A stretch of 64,000 nucleotides of DNA from IMG/VR virus record IMGVR_UViG_3300027805_000006; one strand, given 5' to 3'. Both the position numbers and the translations under genes were made by a program. This stretch comes from a virus. Its lineage: Duplodnaviria; Caudoviricetes. Positions within the stretch are counted from its first letter, which is position 1. Every line of letters begins with the position of its first letter. The notes under the pieces are model-generated. The model saw only the letters and a program-made list of their open reading frames with translations, did not search any database and was not told the DNA's origin. Positions 29,784 through 39,189 of this stretch are shown in pieces.

Positions 29784-32603
29784 ATGAAGATTAATGGCTC
29801 ACTGGTATTTGATGCCTCATCAGCGTCAGAAATCCAGAATCTACGTGTCGAAAAGGTAGCATCAAACCCAACTTGGGTTGCTGCCGATTCCGGCCGTGTT
29901 ATTTTCAACACAACAGCAGGTATTCTGTACATTGGTGTTGGTGCACCAACCAGCAACTGGGTTGCCCTAGCAACTGGTGGTGATGCTACTGCACTGCAGA
30001 CAGAAGTCAACAACCTCGAGGCTGCTCTAGGCACTGGTATCAATCCTGCCGATGGCACATTCGTTGCTGCTGCTTTCTCAGCATTCAACAATGTAACAGC
30101 ACCAACAACATATACTGACGTTCTGTATCAACTAGACCAAGCCATCGAAGGCAAGGACGCCCTAGCTGAACTAAACGACGTTGATGTTACTGGCGTAGTA
30201 GGTGGTCAGTTCCTACAGTACAATGGTTCCACAAGCAAGTGGGAAGATCGTACTCTAGTTCTAGACGACGCTTCTGACGTAACACTAACCGCTCCAACAG
30301 CCGGACACGTTCTATACGTCAACGGTTCTGGTCAGTGGGTAAATGCTGCTCCAGGCGCAACATCTGGTGTACAAGGCTATGATGCTGAACTTGCTGCTCT
30401 AGCAACAGTTGTTTCAGGTGCTGACGTACTACCATACTTCACCGGTTCAGGTTCTGCAACTGGCACAACTCTGACATCATTTGCACGCACACTGCTTGAT
30501 GATCCAGATCTAGCCACTGCACAAGCAACTCTAGGCATTCAGCCAGTTGACTCAACACTAACAGCAATCGCTAGCCTAACTGGTGGCATCGTTGTTGTAA
30601 GTGCTGATGGCACTGCTGCTTATGCACGTACCCTGATTGCTCCATCAGAAGGTATCACCATCACCAACCCAGACGGTGTTGCTGGTAACCCAACATTTGC
30701 TCTAGCAAATGACCTGAATGCATACGAAGGTCTAGCAACAACTGGATACGTTGTACGTACAGGCGACGGCACAGCAACAACCCGTGCAATCACTGGTACT
30801 GCTGGAAACGTTGTTGTAACAAACGGTGACGGCGTTGCTTCTAACACTAACGTTGACCTTGCTGCAGTAGTACAAGCAACTGGCGGTTCATTCCTAAAGG
30901 TAACACTAGATGGTTATGGTCGCGTAACTGCAAATACCGCTGTAACAACAGCCGATATCACTGCTCTAGTTGATGCTACATATGTAAACGTCGCTGGCGA
31001 TACAATGACTGGCACGCTAAACATGGGTGGTAATACCATTACTGGTCTAGCTACACCAACTGCAGATACAGAAGCCGCCACAAAGGCATATGTAGATGCT
31101 CTAGCAAATGGTCTATCATGGAAAGATGCAGTTCGCGTCGCTTCAACAGGACCAGCAACATTGGCAACAGCTTTTGCTGCAGGTCAAACAGTTGACGGCG
31201 TAACACTAGTTGCTGGCGATCGTATCCTTATTAAGGACCAGGCAACTGCTTCTGAGAATGGCATCTATATTGTTCAGGCTTCTGGTGCTCCAGTACGCGC
31301 TGCTGATATGAATGATGCTGCTGAGTTTGATGGTGCTGCTCTGTTCGTACAAGAAGGTACTGTTAACCAAAGCTCAGGCTGGACACAAACAGCAACCGTT
31401 GCTACAGTTGGTACAGATTCTGTCACATTCTCACAGTTCACAGGCGGTGCTCTATACACATGGGGTACAGGTCTTGGAAATTCTGGCAACACGATTTTCG
31501 TAAATCTTGGTGCTGGTATCTCCGAACTACCATCTGACGAAATCGGTATTGACCTATATGCCCCAACCGGCGGCGGTCTAATCCTAACACAAGATGGTTC
31601 TGCATATTCAACTAACGCAGCTGCTAAGCTTCACCTAAAGCTTGCTGCAGCAGGTGGTCTAACGCAAGACGCAACTGGTCTGTACATTCCTGCTGATGGC
31701 GTAACAAACGCTATGCTGTTGAATGACTTCATCAATACTGATGGTGATTCAGGCACTGGTTCTATCGCTCTAGGCGGTACCCTTGAAATCCAAGGTAATT
31801 CCGTACAGGGTATCGTAACTTCAGTATCAGGCGGTGTATTCGTAGTAACTGCATCTGATGCAAGCACCTCACAAAAGGGCACAGCATCTTTCGATTCAGG
31901 TGACTTCGCGGTAGCAAGCGGTGCAGTAAGCATCAAGGCAGGCGGTGTTGATAACAACCAACTAGCCTTCAGCACAGTAACATTTGCTGGTAATACCGGC
32001 ACTGATGCAGTTGCTCTAGGCGAGACAATGACCATCTCTGGTTCTGGTGCAATCACAACAGCCGTTGGAACAGCCAATGATATGACAGTAAGCGTTGCTA
32101 CAGCAACAACATCTACACTAGGTGTTGCAAGCTTCAGCAGCGACTTCTTCTCAGTATCAGGTGGTGCAGTCAGCCTAGCCGCAACGCTAGATGACCTAAC
32201 CAATGTTTCACTAGCCGATGCTGCTACGACAGATGACATTCTAACCAAGACAGCAAGTGACTGGCAGCCAGTATCACGTGCAGCACTGGTCGGTTCTACA
32301 TCAATCGATGCACATAATGATGTCACAATCACATCAGCAACTGGTGGTCAGGCTCTGATTTACAATGGCTCACAGTGGGTAAATCGCAAGATCTATCACA
32401 CAGAGACATTTGCTTCAGCATCAACTTGGGTTGTTACACACAGCCTAGGTCAGAAGTTCTGCAACGTCACTGTAGCAGACAGTGCTGATGAAGTTGTAAT
32501 TCCACAGTCTATCACTTTCAATAGCACTACACAGCTAACCGTCACCTTCAACACAGCAATCGCTGGTCAGGTAATGGTAACTGGCGTAGCCGCTGGTGCA
32601 TAA
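29784..32603 (+). CDS. Major fibre protein (tail/head fibre), 939 aa
   Basis: Ala/Thr/Gly-rich with DA.TKAYVD, GDRILIKDQ..ENGIY and ATT.T.GVASF fibre motifs; AGGAGA RBS; strongly biased codons. Confidence 0.8.
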   Translation: MKINGSLVFDASSASEIQNLRVEKVASNPTWVAADSGRVIFNTTAGILYIGVGAPTSNWVALATGGDATALQTEVNNLEAALGTGINPADGTFVAAAFSAFNNVTAPTTYTDVLYQLDQAIEGKDALAELNDVDVTGVVGGQFLQYNGSTSKWEDRTLVLDDASDVTLTAPTAGHVLYVNGSGQWVNAAPGATSGVQGYDAELAALATVVSGADVLPYFTGSGSATGTTLTSFARTLLDDPDLATAQATLGIQPVDSTLTAIASLTGGIVVVSADGTAAYARTLIAPSEGITITNPDGVAGNPTFALANDLNAYEGLATTGYVVRTGDGTATTRAITGTAGNVVVTNGDGVASNTNVDLAAVVQATGGSFLKVTLDGYGRVTANTAVTTADITALVDATYVNVAGDTMTGTLNMGGNTITGLATPTADTEAATKAYVDALANGLSWKDAVRVASTGPATLATAFAAGQTVDGVTLVAGDRILIKDQATASENGIYIVQASGAPVRAADMNDAAEFDGAALFVQEGTVNQSSGWTQTATVATVGTDSVTFSQFTGGALYTWGTGLGNSGNTIFVNLGAGISELPSDEIGIDLYAPTGGGLILTQDGSAYSTNAAAKLHLKLAAAGGLTQDATGLYIPADGVTNAMLLNDFINTDGDSGTGSIALGGTLEIQGNSVQGIVTSVSGGVFVVTASDASTSQKGTASFDSGDFAVASGAVSIKAGGVDNNQLAFSTVTFAGNTGTDAVALGETMTISGSGAITTAVGTANDMTVSVATATTSTLGVASFSSDFFSVSGGAVSLAATLDDLTNVSLADAATTDDILTKTASDWQPVSRAALVGSTSIDAHNDVTITSATGGQALIYNGSQWVNRKIYHTETFASASTWVVTHSLGQKFCNVTVADSADEVVIPQSITFNSTTQLTVTFNTAIAGQVMVTGVAAGA

Positions 32604-32627
32604 ATCTTAGAACTTAAATTCTAAGTC

Positions 32628-32657
32628 AAAAGGGTGGCATTTGCCACCCTTTTTTTA
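32628..32657 (+). terminator. Rho-independent terminator after the major fibre gene
   Basis: GGGTGGC-attt-GCCACCC followed by a T-run; preceded by a second hairpin CTTAGAA..TTCTAAG (32606-32625). Confidence 0.88.
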
Positions 32658-32665
32658 TTTCTTCA

Positions 32666-32672
32666 ATAAATA
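32666..32672 (+). promoter_or_regulatory. Late promoter ATAAATA
   Basis: Directly after the terminator, upstream of 32705. Confidence 0.7.
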
Positions 32673-32704
32673 TTATGTACTCCTCTACTTAAGGAAGTTC
32701 TGCT

Positions 32705-33307
32705 ATGAAATTCTATGGACATGCAAATCTTCAGACAAATGAACTGCAAAATGCTGTTCTATCAACTCTGACAACATTCCCAATTGACCCAAAAGTTGGT
32801 CAAGTTGCATTCGTAAACAGTATTGTTTACATCTGCACCGCAGTTGACCCTCTGCCTGCAATTTGGGTTCCCCTAACAAGAGAAATTTCTTCTTATACAC
32901 ATACTCAAGAATCAGCAGCAACTACTTGGAACATCACACATAGTCTCAACACTACAAGTGTTAACATTCAAGTTTATGACAACACAAATAAGGTTGTCAT
33001 TCCAGATTCTATCGAAACAACTGGTCCAAATACAGCAACAGTTACTGTAGGCACTTTGATGACAGGACGTGCAGTTGTAGTTACAGGACATATCGATGGT
33101 CTTCAGCGTCCTACATATGCTTATACGCACTACCAAAATTCTTCATCAACAACTTGGACAATTACACATAACCTTGGCTATAATCCAATCGTTCGTGTAT
33201 TCATTGGCACAAGTGAAGTTCAGCCAGCATCAATCTCTCATCCAAACACAAATACAACAGTTATTACTTTCACAACAGCCCAAGTTGGCTATGCACAACT
33301 TATCTAA
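32705..33307 (+). CDS. Fibre-associated protein with two W..H modules
   Basis: N-terminus resembles that of the 939-aa fibre; two copies of the ~65-aa module. Confidence 0.7.
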   Translation: MKFYGHANLQTNELQNAVLSTLTTFPIDPKVGQVAFVNSIVYICTAVDPLPAIWVPLTREISSYTHTQESAATTWNITHSLNTTSVNIQVYDNTNKVVIPDSIETTGPNTATVTVGTLMTGRAVVVTGHIDGLQRPTYAYTHYQNSSSTTWTITHNLGYNPIVRVFIGTSEVQPASISHPNTNTTVITFTTAQVGYAQLI

Positions 33308-33319
33308 GAGGAGTCAAAA

Positions 33320-33547
33320 ATGCCTCTGACTAGAAGAGTCGCTACAAGTTACACGCATACGCAAGATTCTGCCGCCAGCACCTGGACAATTGTTCATGGT
33401 GTTGGAGGTTATCCAATTGTTGATGCATATACGACAAAGGACGGGGAACTTCTAAAGATTATTCCATCTGCAGTTACATATGTAGATGCAAATACCTGTA
33501 CCTTGACCTTTACTGTTCCATTTTCAGGCTTTGCTACGGTGACGTAA
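33320..33547 (+). CDS. Stand-alone W..H module protein, 75 aa
   Basis: YTHTQDSAASTWTIVHGVGGYP..; GAGGAG RBS. Confidence 0.7.
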   Translation: MPLTRRVATSYTHTQDSAASTWTIVHGVGGYPIVDAYTTKDGELLKIIPSAVTYVDANTCTLTFTVPFSGFATVT

Positions 33548-33760
33548 ATGAAAACTTTGTCTTACATTCAAACCACTCCTGCAACCACCTGGACAATCAC
33601 CCATAACTTTGGGATGAAGCCGGCGTGGGACCTGCTACTTGATACTAATGGTTCTCGCACTAAGGGGTACCCCCAAAAAGCAGAACACGTTGATGATAAT
33701 ACGCTTAGATTGACTTTTACAACTAACAAAACTGGAGCAGTAAGATTGATTGGTGTGTAA
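33548..33760 (+). CDS. Stand-alone W..H module protein, 70 aa
   Basis: YIQTTPATTWTITHNFGMKP..; translationally coupled (TAAATG). Confidence 0.7.
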   Translation: MKTLSYIQTTPATTWTITHNFGMKPAWDLLLDTNGSRTKGYPQKAEHVDDNTLRLTFTTNKTGAVRLIGV

Positions 33761-33789
33761 AAGTTATATGAATAACAAGGAATACCCAT

Positions 33790-34254
33790 ATGAATTTTCT
33801 AACACTAAAAATATACGCCATTATTGCGGCTATAGTTCTTTCTGCTCTAGGAGGTTGGGCATATTCAAAGCATTTGCAAATTGAAAAATTAAAAGACCAA
33901 GTTGTAGAAGAAAAAAATCTAAAGGATGCTGCAATTAATCAGCGAAATGAGGCTGCTGGACAACGCGATAAAGTTATTGAACTAAACAAGTTGAGTGAGA
34001 GAACTATCGCGTTGATGCTGCAGGAAAAGGAAGATATTGAGAGAGCCTTATCATTGCTTGAAGATGATAAGAAGAAAAATCAACAAACAATTTCTTCACT
34101 TAGTGCCAAGATAAGAAATCAATCAAACAATCCTGCAAACAAAGTTGAATTGAGCCCAGTGCTTAAAATGACTGTAGATGAAATTCAGAAGCAACGGCTT
34201 ATACGCTCAGGCGTAATGCCTGCTGCTTCCGCACCAGCAGGAGGTAAAAAATGA
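33790..34254 (+). CDS. Inner-membrane spanin (Rz-like)
   Basis: N-terminal TM segment plus long coiled coil, overlapping a lipoprotein gene. Confidence 0.72.
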   Translation: MNFLTLKIYAIIAAIVLSALGGWAYSKHLQIEKLKDQVVEEKNLKDAAINQRNEAAGQRDKVIELNKLSERTIALMLQEKEDIERALSLLEDDKKKNQQTISSLSAKIRNQSNNPANKVELSPVLKMTVDEIQKQRLIRSGVMPAASAPAGGKK

Positions 34255-34610
34255 AGAACATACTTATTGCATTTTTACTTATATTTTTAGGTGGCTGTGC
34301 CACTACAAAACCGGGAGATGGTTTTGTTCAGAAAGAGATAGTAGTTGAAACACAGTATGTTGTTAGAAAGGCATCTTTAGCCCAAAAGAAAATTCCTGAC
34401 TATCCTGCACCAATAAATGTTGCTGCTGCAACTCAACTTGACCTAGCAGACTGGATTGCACGGTCTGAAGAGAGAATGCTGAACCTAGAGTCAATTATTA
34501 AGAGGCTGATTGAGTTTTATGAGAAGCCAATAACAGATGAAGAGAAGAAAGATGCTGCATCTAAGAAGACAGTCAGCACAACGACCACTCCTATTCCATC
34601 TGGTAAATGA
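34251..34610 (+). CDS. Outer-membrane spanin lipoprotein (Rz1-like)
   Basis: Signal peptide with lipobox FLGGC; Pro-containing body; GGAGG RBS. Confidence 0.75.
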   Translation: MKNILIAFLLIFLGGCATTKPGDGFVQKEIVVETQYVVRKASLAQKKIPDYPAPINVAAATQLDLADWIARSEERMLNLESIIKRLIEFYEKPITDEEKKDAASKKTVSTTTTPIPSGK

Positions 34611-34620
34611 GGTATGTTGA

Positions 34621-36267
34621 ATGACATGTTCATGCGCGCAACCAAAGATTTTAGAGGCAAATAGTACTGAGAATTCTGCACTTGGCAAAGAAAATCAAGG
34701 CATGCTGCCTGGTGAAAATATTGACTGCTACATGAAGAGGGCAGAGAGCCCTACAGGCTTAAAGGATGATGCTACAGAGTGGCAGAAAAACAAGATTAAA
34801 AATACTGGCATTCCAGTGAATGCCGATGGAAGCATAAACGTTACCTTCACTCTTACTCCCGACAGTGACCGAACACCAACAAATTGGGTGTATACAGGAC
34901 TACCGTCATGGCTGACTGCTGGTGGTACAAACAACGCAACTATTTCAGGAACGTGTCCACCTGCTGAGCGTGGAAAAGTAATTCAGATATTGGTTAAGGC
35001 AGTCGATGGTACAGGCGATATTGATAGTATCTCATATAAAGTTGCACCTGATGAAGCGAACAATGACAACTCCATTCAACTCATTAATCCTCTTCCGGGT
35101 GGTACGGTAACCTCTCCATTTTCGCATGCACGTGTTGGACCGGTTGATGGTGTTGTAAGACCACATAAGGGAATTGACCTCTCAACTCCCGGTCCTCGTC
35201 ACCTGGTGACTGATATTGTTGCTGCAGCGGATGGGGTAGTAGTTGGTATTTCAACAGCAGGTCCTGGTGGTAATGGTGTAACTATAAATCATTTTACTGC
35301 TTCAGGAAAGTTGCTGTGTCAAACCTTTTACTGTCACCTTCAAAAGATTTATGTTGAGAAAAATCAGAGGGTTGCGGCAAGTCAAAAGATAGGTTTAGAA
35401 GGATCTACCGGTCGCTCGACAGGAAATCACCTCCACTTTGAGTGTAGGCTGCTGAATGAAAACGGTTCTATAAAGACATGGATTGACCCTCTACCGCTAA
35501 TAAGGGGTCAGACAAATGTTGCTGGAAAAACAAACCCAGACAACACACCAGTTGAAGGAACAGTTCAGCCTCAAACTTCTGATGCACGTCTAACTACCTC
35601 TAATGCTGACTCAAGAGGTGGGTGCCCACCATTTGGTCCCAACTATCCTTCAGGAAGTGGGTCAGTTGCTCCTGCTCCCGCGCCTGGTACTCCTCCAGTA
35701 CCACCTCCTTCGGCTGGTCCATTTGAGCAGGCTTGGTTTTTTACCTTGAAGCATGAAGTGGGTCCTCACTGGATGTCAACACCACAAAATAGCCCAGGCG
35801 ACCCTGAAGTAGATGCCGGCGCAAAGGATACAAAGCAGCAAAAATTTAAAGTTGGATATGTTAAACTGCAAGGTGACACCGGCGGTCTAACAAAATTCGG
35901 TGTGGCACAGAATCCAAACCCAAGAGTAGATGTTGAAAATTTAGATTATGCGGGGGCAAAACAATTTGGCTACAATGTGTTTTGGCTGGGTGGGGCGGCG
36001 GCGCTATTTGAGTCGTCAAAGCCAAAACTTGCAGTGATGCTGTTCGACATGAGTTACCTGCATGGACCCGTAAGTGTTAAGAAATACATCCTTGAGCCAG
36101 CAAATATTGGTTCTCTAAGTGATGCAGATGCGTGTAAGGCGCTGCATGATGCGCAAAAACAATATCTAGAAAAAATTATAGCAAGAAGACCAACAAACGA
36201 AAGATTTAGAAATGGCTGGTTTAAGCGAAGCAAGGAACTTTTAGACTATGCCCTTTCACTTCCATAA
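34621..36267 (+). CDS. Multidomain peptidoglycan hydrolase: Ig-like + M23 peptidase + GH108 muramidase + PG-binding
   Basis: M23 motifs HKGID, YCHL and STGNHLHFE; GH108-like HE..GDTGGLTKFGVAQ; C-terminal RF.NGW..R. Confidence 0.85.
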   Translation: MTCSCAQPKILEANSTENSALGKENQGMLPGENIDCYMKRAESPTGLKDDATEWQKNKIKNTGIPVNADGSINVTFTLTPDSDRTPTNWVYTGLPSWLTAGGTNNATISGTCPPAERGKVIQILVKAVDGTGDIDSISYKVAPDEANNDNSIQLINPLPGGTVTSPFSHARVGPVDGVVRPHKGIDLSTPGPRHLVTDIVAAADGVVVGISTAGPGGNGVTINHFTASGKLLCQTFYCHLQKIYVEKNQRVAASQKIGLEGSTGRSTGNHLHFECRLLNENGSIKTWIDPLPLIRGQTNVAGKTNPDNTPVEGTVQPQTSDARLTTSNADSRGGCPPFGPNYPSGSGSVAPAPAPGTPPVPPPSAGPFEQAWFFTLKHEVGPHWMSTPQNSPGDPEVDAGAKDTKQQKFKVGYVKLQGDTGGLTKFGVAQNPNPRVDVENLDYAGAKQFGYNVFWLGGAAALFESSKPKLAVMLFDMSYLHGPVSVKKYILEPANIGSLSDADACKALHDAQKQYLEKIIARRPTNERFRNGWFKRSKELLDYALSLP

Positions 36268-36281
36268 TTTAGGAGATTAAA

Positions 36282-36830
36282 ATGGAAACCTTAACATATG
36301 ATGAAGCACGTCTTCAAATTAAAAACGGTGACATTATAAACATGTATAAGCACCGCGACACAATTAACTACGTGTTTCACGCCTTCGTGGAGTTTTTTAC
36401 TGGTTCTCCCATCTATCACACTGCTGTTGCAGTGTGGATGAAGTCACCTAACGGTGCAGAGCGTCTGATGGTTGTTGAAACAAATCTGCTAGGTGGCAAG
36501 AGAATCGTACCTCTCAGCATCTTCGTTAATGGCAAGCATAAACTAGAGGTCATTCACCTCCCTGAAGAGTATAAATTCTCTGATATGGAAGAAAAAATGA
36601 TGGAACGTGTAGGCACACAGAAGTACAGCCCAATTGATCTCCTAACAATTGGTATTAGAGAGTTCTTTGGTCTTCCAAAGAAAGATTTAAATGGCGATGT
36701 TTGCAGCGAGCTTGTTGCAAAGATGTGGGCTTTTGCGGGTGTTCCTATCAAAGATACTCACATAAGTCCTGGAAAGCTACGCTCTGTGCTATTAAATATG
36801 GGTATTAAATCAGGATTTTATTTTAAGTAA
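36282..36830 (+). CDS. Permuted papain-like NlpC/P60 (YiiX-like) amidase
   Basis: His (IYHTAV) precedes Cys (VCSELVA); ends ISPGKL. Confidence 0.78.
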   Translation: METLTYDEARLQIKNGDIINMYKHRDTINYVFHAFVEFFTGSPIYHTAVAVWMKSPNGAERLMVVETNLLGGKRIVPLSIFVNGKHKLEVIHLPEEYKFSDMEEKMMERVGTQKYSPIDLLTIGIREFFGLPKKDLNGDVCSELVAKMWAFAGVPIKDTHISPGKLRSVLLNMGIKSGFYFK

Positions 36831-37129
36831 TGTCTGGCAACGTTGTACGAATTGGTGATAAGGTATCTTGTGGCGACAACTCGGCCTCAGGGTCAGGTAA
36901 TGTGTTTGCCAATGGGATGCCTATTACCCATAATGCGCTAAAGAAAACAACTGGTCATGGATGCTTCCATCCAACAGTTTTTATTGGACCTTGGACACGT
37001 ACAGTTTTTGTGAATAATGAGCCAGTTGCACTAAAGGGCAAGACGCGTATTCAACCACATAAGTGTAGAAAATCAGTACATGATGGCATTGCTTCAACAG
37101 GTGCTCCAACAGTTTATTTTGAAGAGTAA
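36830..37129 (+). CDS. PAAR-type spike tip protein (gp5.4-like)
   Basis: VRIGD..CG..SGSGNVFANG..GHGC..H..C..H..TGAPTVY. Confidence 0.85.
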   Translation: MSGNVVRIGDKVSCGDNSASGSGNVFANGMPITHNALKKTTGHGCFHPTVFIGPWTRTVFVNNEPVALKGKTRIQPHKCRKSVHDGIASTGAPTVYFEE

Positions 37130-37672
37130 GTGCGTATGAAAACACGGGAACTATTTGAGGTAAAAGAAAAAGTAGAGTGGGTCGCTGATGAAGATGCTGC
37201 TTTTCATTTACTTCTAAAGCGCTTAAGTTTAAGATATCGAAAGAAGCCATTTATGTACAAGGATAGATGGTCATTTGGCGGAGAAATTTTTGATACTGAA
37301 AAACAAGAAATCACGCTGCCTCTAGAAAAGAGACTTGTAGGCGCTCAGAAGGCAGTAGCAAAGCATCTCTTTGACCTGCACAAATCTGGAAGAGAGGTTG
37401 TAGTTTATCAACCTGCGCGTTATGACTACATGCGTGGAAAGGCAGGTGTTTGGGCACTGTCACCATCTGAATTTACAAGCCGCTTAATTTATGCTGATGA
37501 CACGCTGCCAGCAGTTGAATCACTTGTAAAGGACAGGATGCAGAAGAATACGACAGTAGATGGCAAATATTCAATTGTGTTCCAATACGGTGTGTCAGAC
37601 CCAAAGCCCCTTGAAGATAAAAAAGAGTCAGCGAAGAAAGCGTATCGAGTCGTAAAAGGCCCGGCTAAATAA
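37130..37672 (+). CDS. Hypothetical late protein (likely ATG start at 37136)
   Basis: Contiguous ORF; MKTRELFE leader. Confidence 0.6.
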   Translation: MRMKTRELFEVKEKVEWVADEDAAFHLLLKRLSLRYRKKPFMYKDRWSFGGEIFDTEKQEITLPLEKRLVGAQKAVAKHLFDLHKSGREVVVYQPARYDYMRGKAGVWALSPSEFTSRLIYADDTLPAVESLVKDRMQKNTTVDGKYSIVFQYGVSDPKPLEDKKESAKKAYRVVKGPAK

Positions 37673-37680
37673 AGAGCATA

Positions 37681-38538
37681 ATGACATATGTGCCACCATT
37701 CAAACCTGGTACAGAGGCTCAGTTAAGGTCAGTCTCTGCGCGCCGAGGCCGCCTTTTTTCTGGAGGGACGTACTTTAGATCAAAAGATATTGGTCAAGCA
37801 GCAAATAAAATTTCAGTACAAGTGGTAGAATTTTCAGGATCAGATGCAGTCTTCGTGGTACAGAATAACAACTTAATTTCTTCCGAAATAATTTCTGGTC
37901 CAGTACAAATAAATGTTCTATCTCTATCTCTCGACTACAATGAGACAATTGAGGTAACATCTCTCTCCTCACCCCTCGCAGCGGCGGCGAAATATAGCAT
38001 TAGCGCACAAATAGCGCCGCCACCCCCAACAGTCACCCCACTTGGAAATTTCAAACTTTCTAACTTTTTCAATATACCCAGTCACTTTTCAGGAATTATC
38101 ACCCCGGGCTCATCAGTTTTCACACCAACTGATAAGATAGTCATCACTCCGCGCACTCGGGTGTATCGTTTGGAGCCACTTTCTGCGACCGACCCGGAGA
38201 CTGGTAGCGCAGTGAATGGTTGGGATATATCTAACCTGCGAGCACAGGTAAATGCAAATGACCCATGGATTGAGATGCCTGAGAGAGGGACAGACGCGCA
38301 AGATCTGCCACCTGCGGCTGATAGTATGGTCTTATCTGCATTTGTAAAAACTAACCTATCTGGCGGTGATGGCCCGCCAGCCACCCCAAGCAACGAAAAC
38401 ACAGGTCCAACAAAAGCACTTATATTTGTTGCTTATGCTGAAGGACCAGATGGTGCAATGAGAGATATTGCAGAAGTTCGTGAATGGGTAGGAGAAAGTG
38501 CCTCTTCAGGAGAGTGGAGATCCTATCAAGCAGCGTAA
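37681..38538 (+). CDS. Hypothetical structural protein, 285 aa
   Basis: Last gene of the plus-strand block; CTAAATA at 37665-37671 upstream. Confidence 0.6.
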   Translation: MTYVPPFKPGTEAQLRSVSARRGRLFSGGTYFRSKDIGQAANKISVQVVEFSGSDAVFVVQNNNLISSEIISGPVQINVLSLSLDYNETIEVTSLSSPLAAAAKYSISAQIAPPPPTVTPLGNFKLSNFFNIPSHFSGIITPGSSVFTPTDKIVITPRTRVYRLEPLSATDPETGSAVNGWDISNLRAQVNANDPWIEMPERGTDAQDLPPAADSMVLSAFVKTNLSGGDGPPATPSNENTGPTKALIFVAYAEGPDGAMRDIAEVREWVGESASSGEWRSYQAA

Positions 38539-38541
38539 GGA

Positions 38542-39180
38542 TTAGTTAATAAACCAATCTGTATAGGATCCTGGGAAATTCTCGGGATTATACAACCAAG
38601 GACTATCATCACTAGTATGAAGTTTAATGGTAATTTTAATCTGCTCTAAACTACCAACAAGAATAGGCGAGCAAGCAGTAATAAAGTGAGGACCGCCCGG
38701 AAAAAATACGATTGTTCCGCGCGTTGGTACAAGACTGAAGTTGTATGCTGGGAATTCTAATTTTCCGCCATATACTTCAAACCTTGGGTCAAGTGGTACT
38801 CCACTGTTAAAGTCTTTTAGCCATAGATAACCAACAAGGTCTGTGTCTTTTGTCTTTATCCATTTCTTTCTAAGAAACTTTGAGTTATCACACCCATGTG
38901 TTTCACAAGGTACCTCTGGATTTTCAAAATACTGCTGAAAAAGCGGTGTTTCAAAGTTTTTAATTCCGCCATTATAACGCTCTTCCATTTCAGACACATT
39001 AGGCTGAACGGCTTCTTGCAGATAATTTACTAATTCAGCGTCAATTACAAAGCGCTCATGCTTTAATGGCTTCCCCTTCTCGTTTAAGGAGGGAGTACTA
39101 ATACCTAATTGGCTAATAATTAAGTCACACTTAGCAGGTGAGACTGCGTCTTCTATTACGAAGAAAGGACTTCTAATCAT
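38542..39180 (-). CDS. 2OG-Fe(II) oxygenase-fold protein with atypical metal ligands
   Basis: YGGKLEFP..PTRGTIVFFP DSBH core; HGCD in place of HxD; distal His and Arg appear absent. Confidence 0.65.
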   Translation of the reverse strand: MIRSPFFVIEDAVSPAKCDLIISQLGISTPSLNEKGKPLKHERFVIDAELVNYLQEAVQPNVSEMEERYNGGIKNFETPLFQQYFENPEVPCETHGCDNSKFLRKKWIKTKDTDLVGYLWLKDFNSGVPLDPRFEVYGGKLEFPAYNFSLVPTRGTIVFFPGGPHFITACSPILVGSLEQIKITIKLHTSDDSPWLYNPENFPGSYTDWFIN

Positions 39181-39189
39181 ATGATATGG

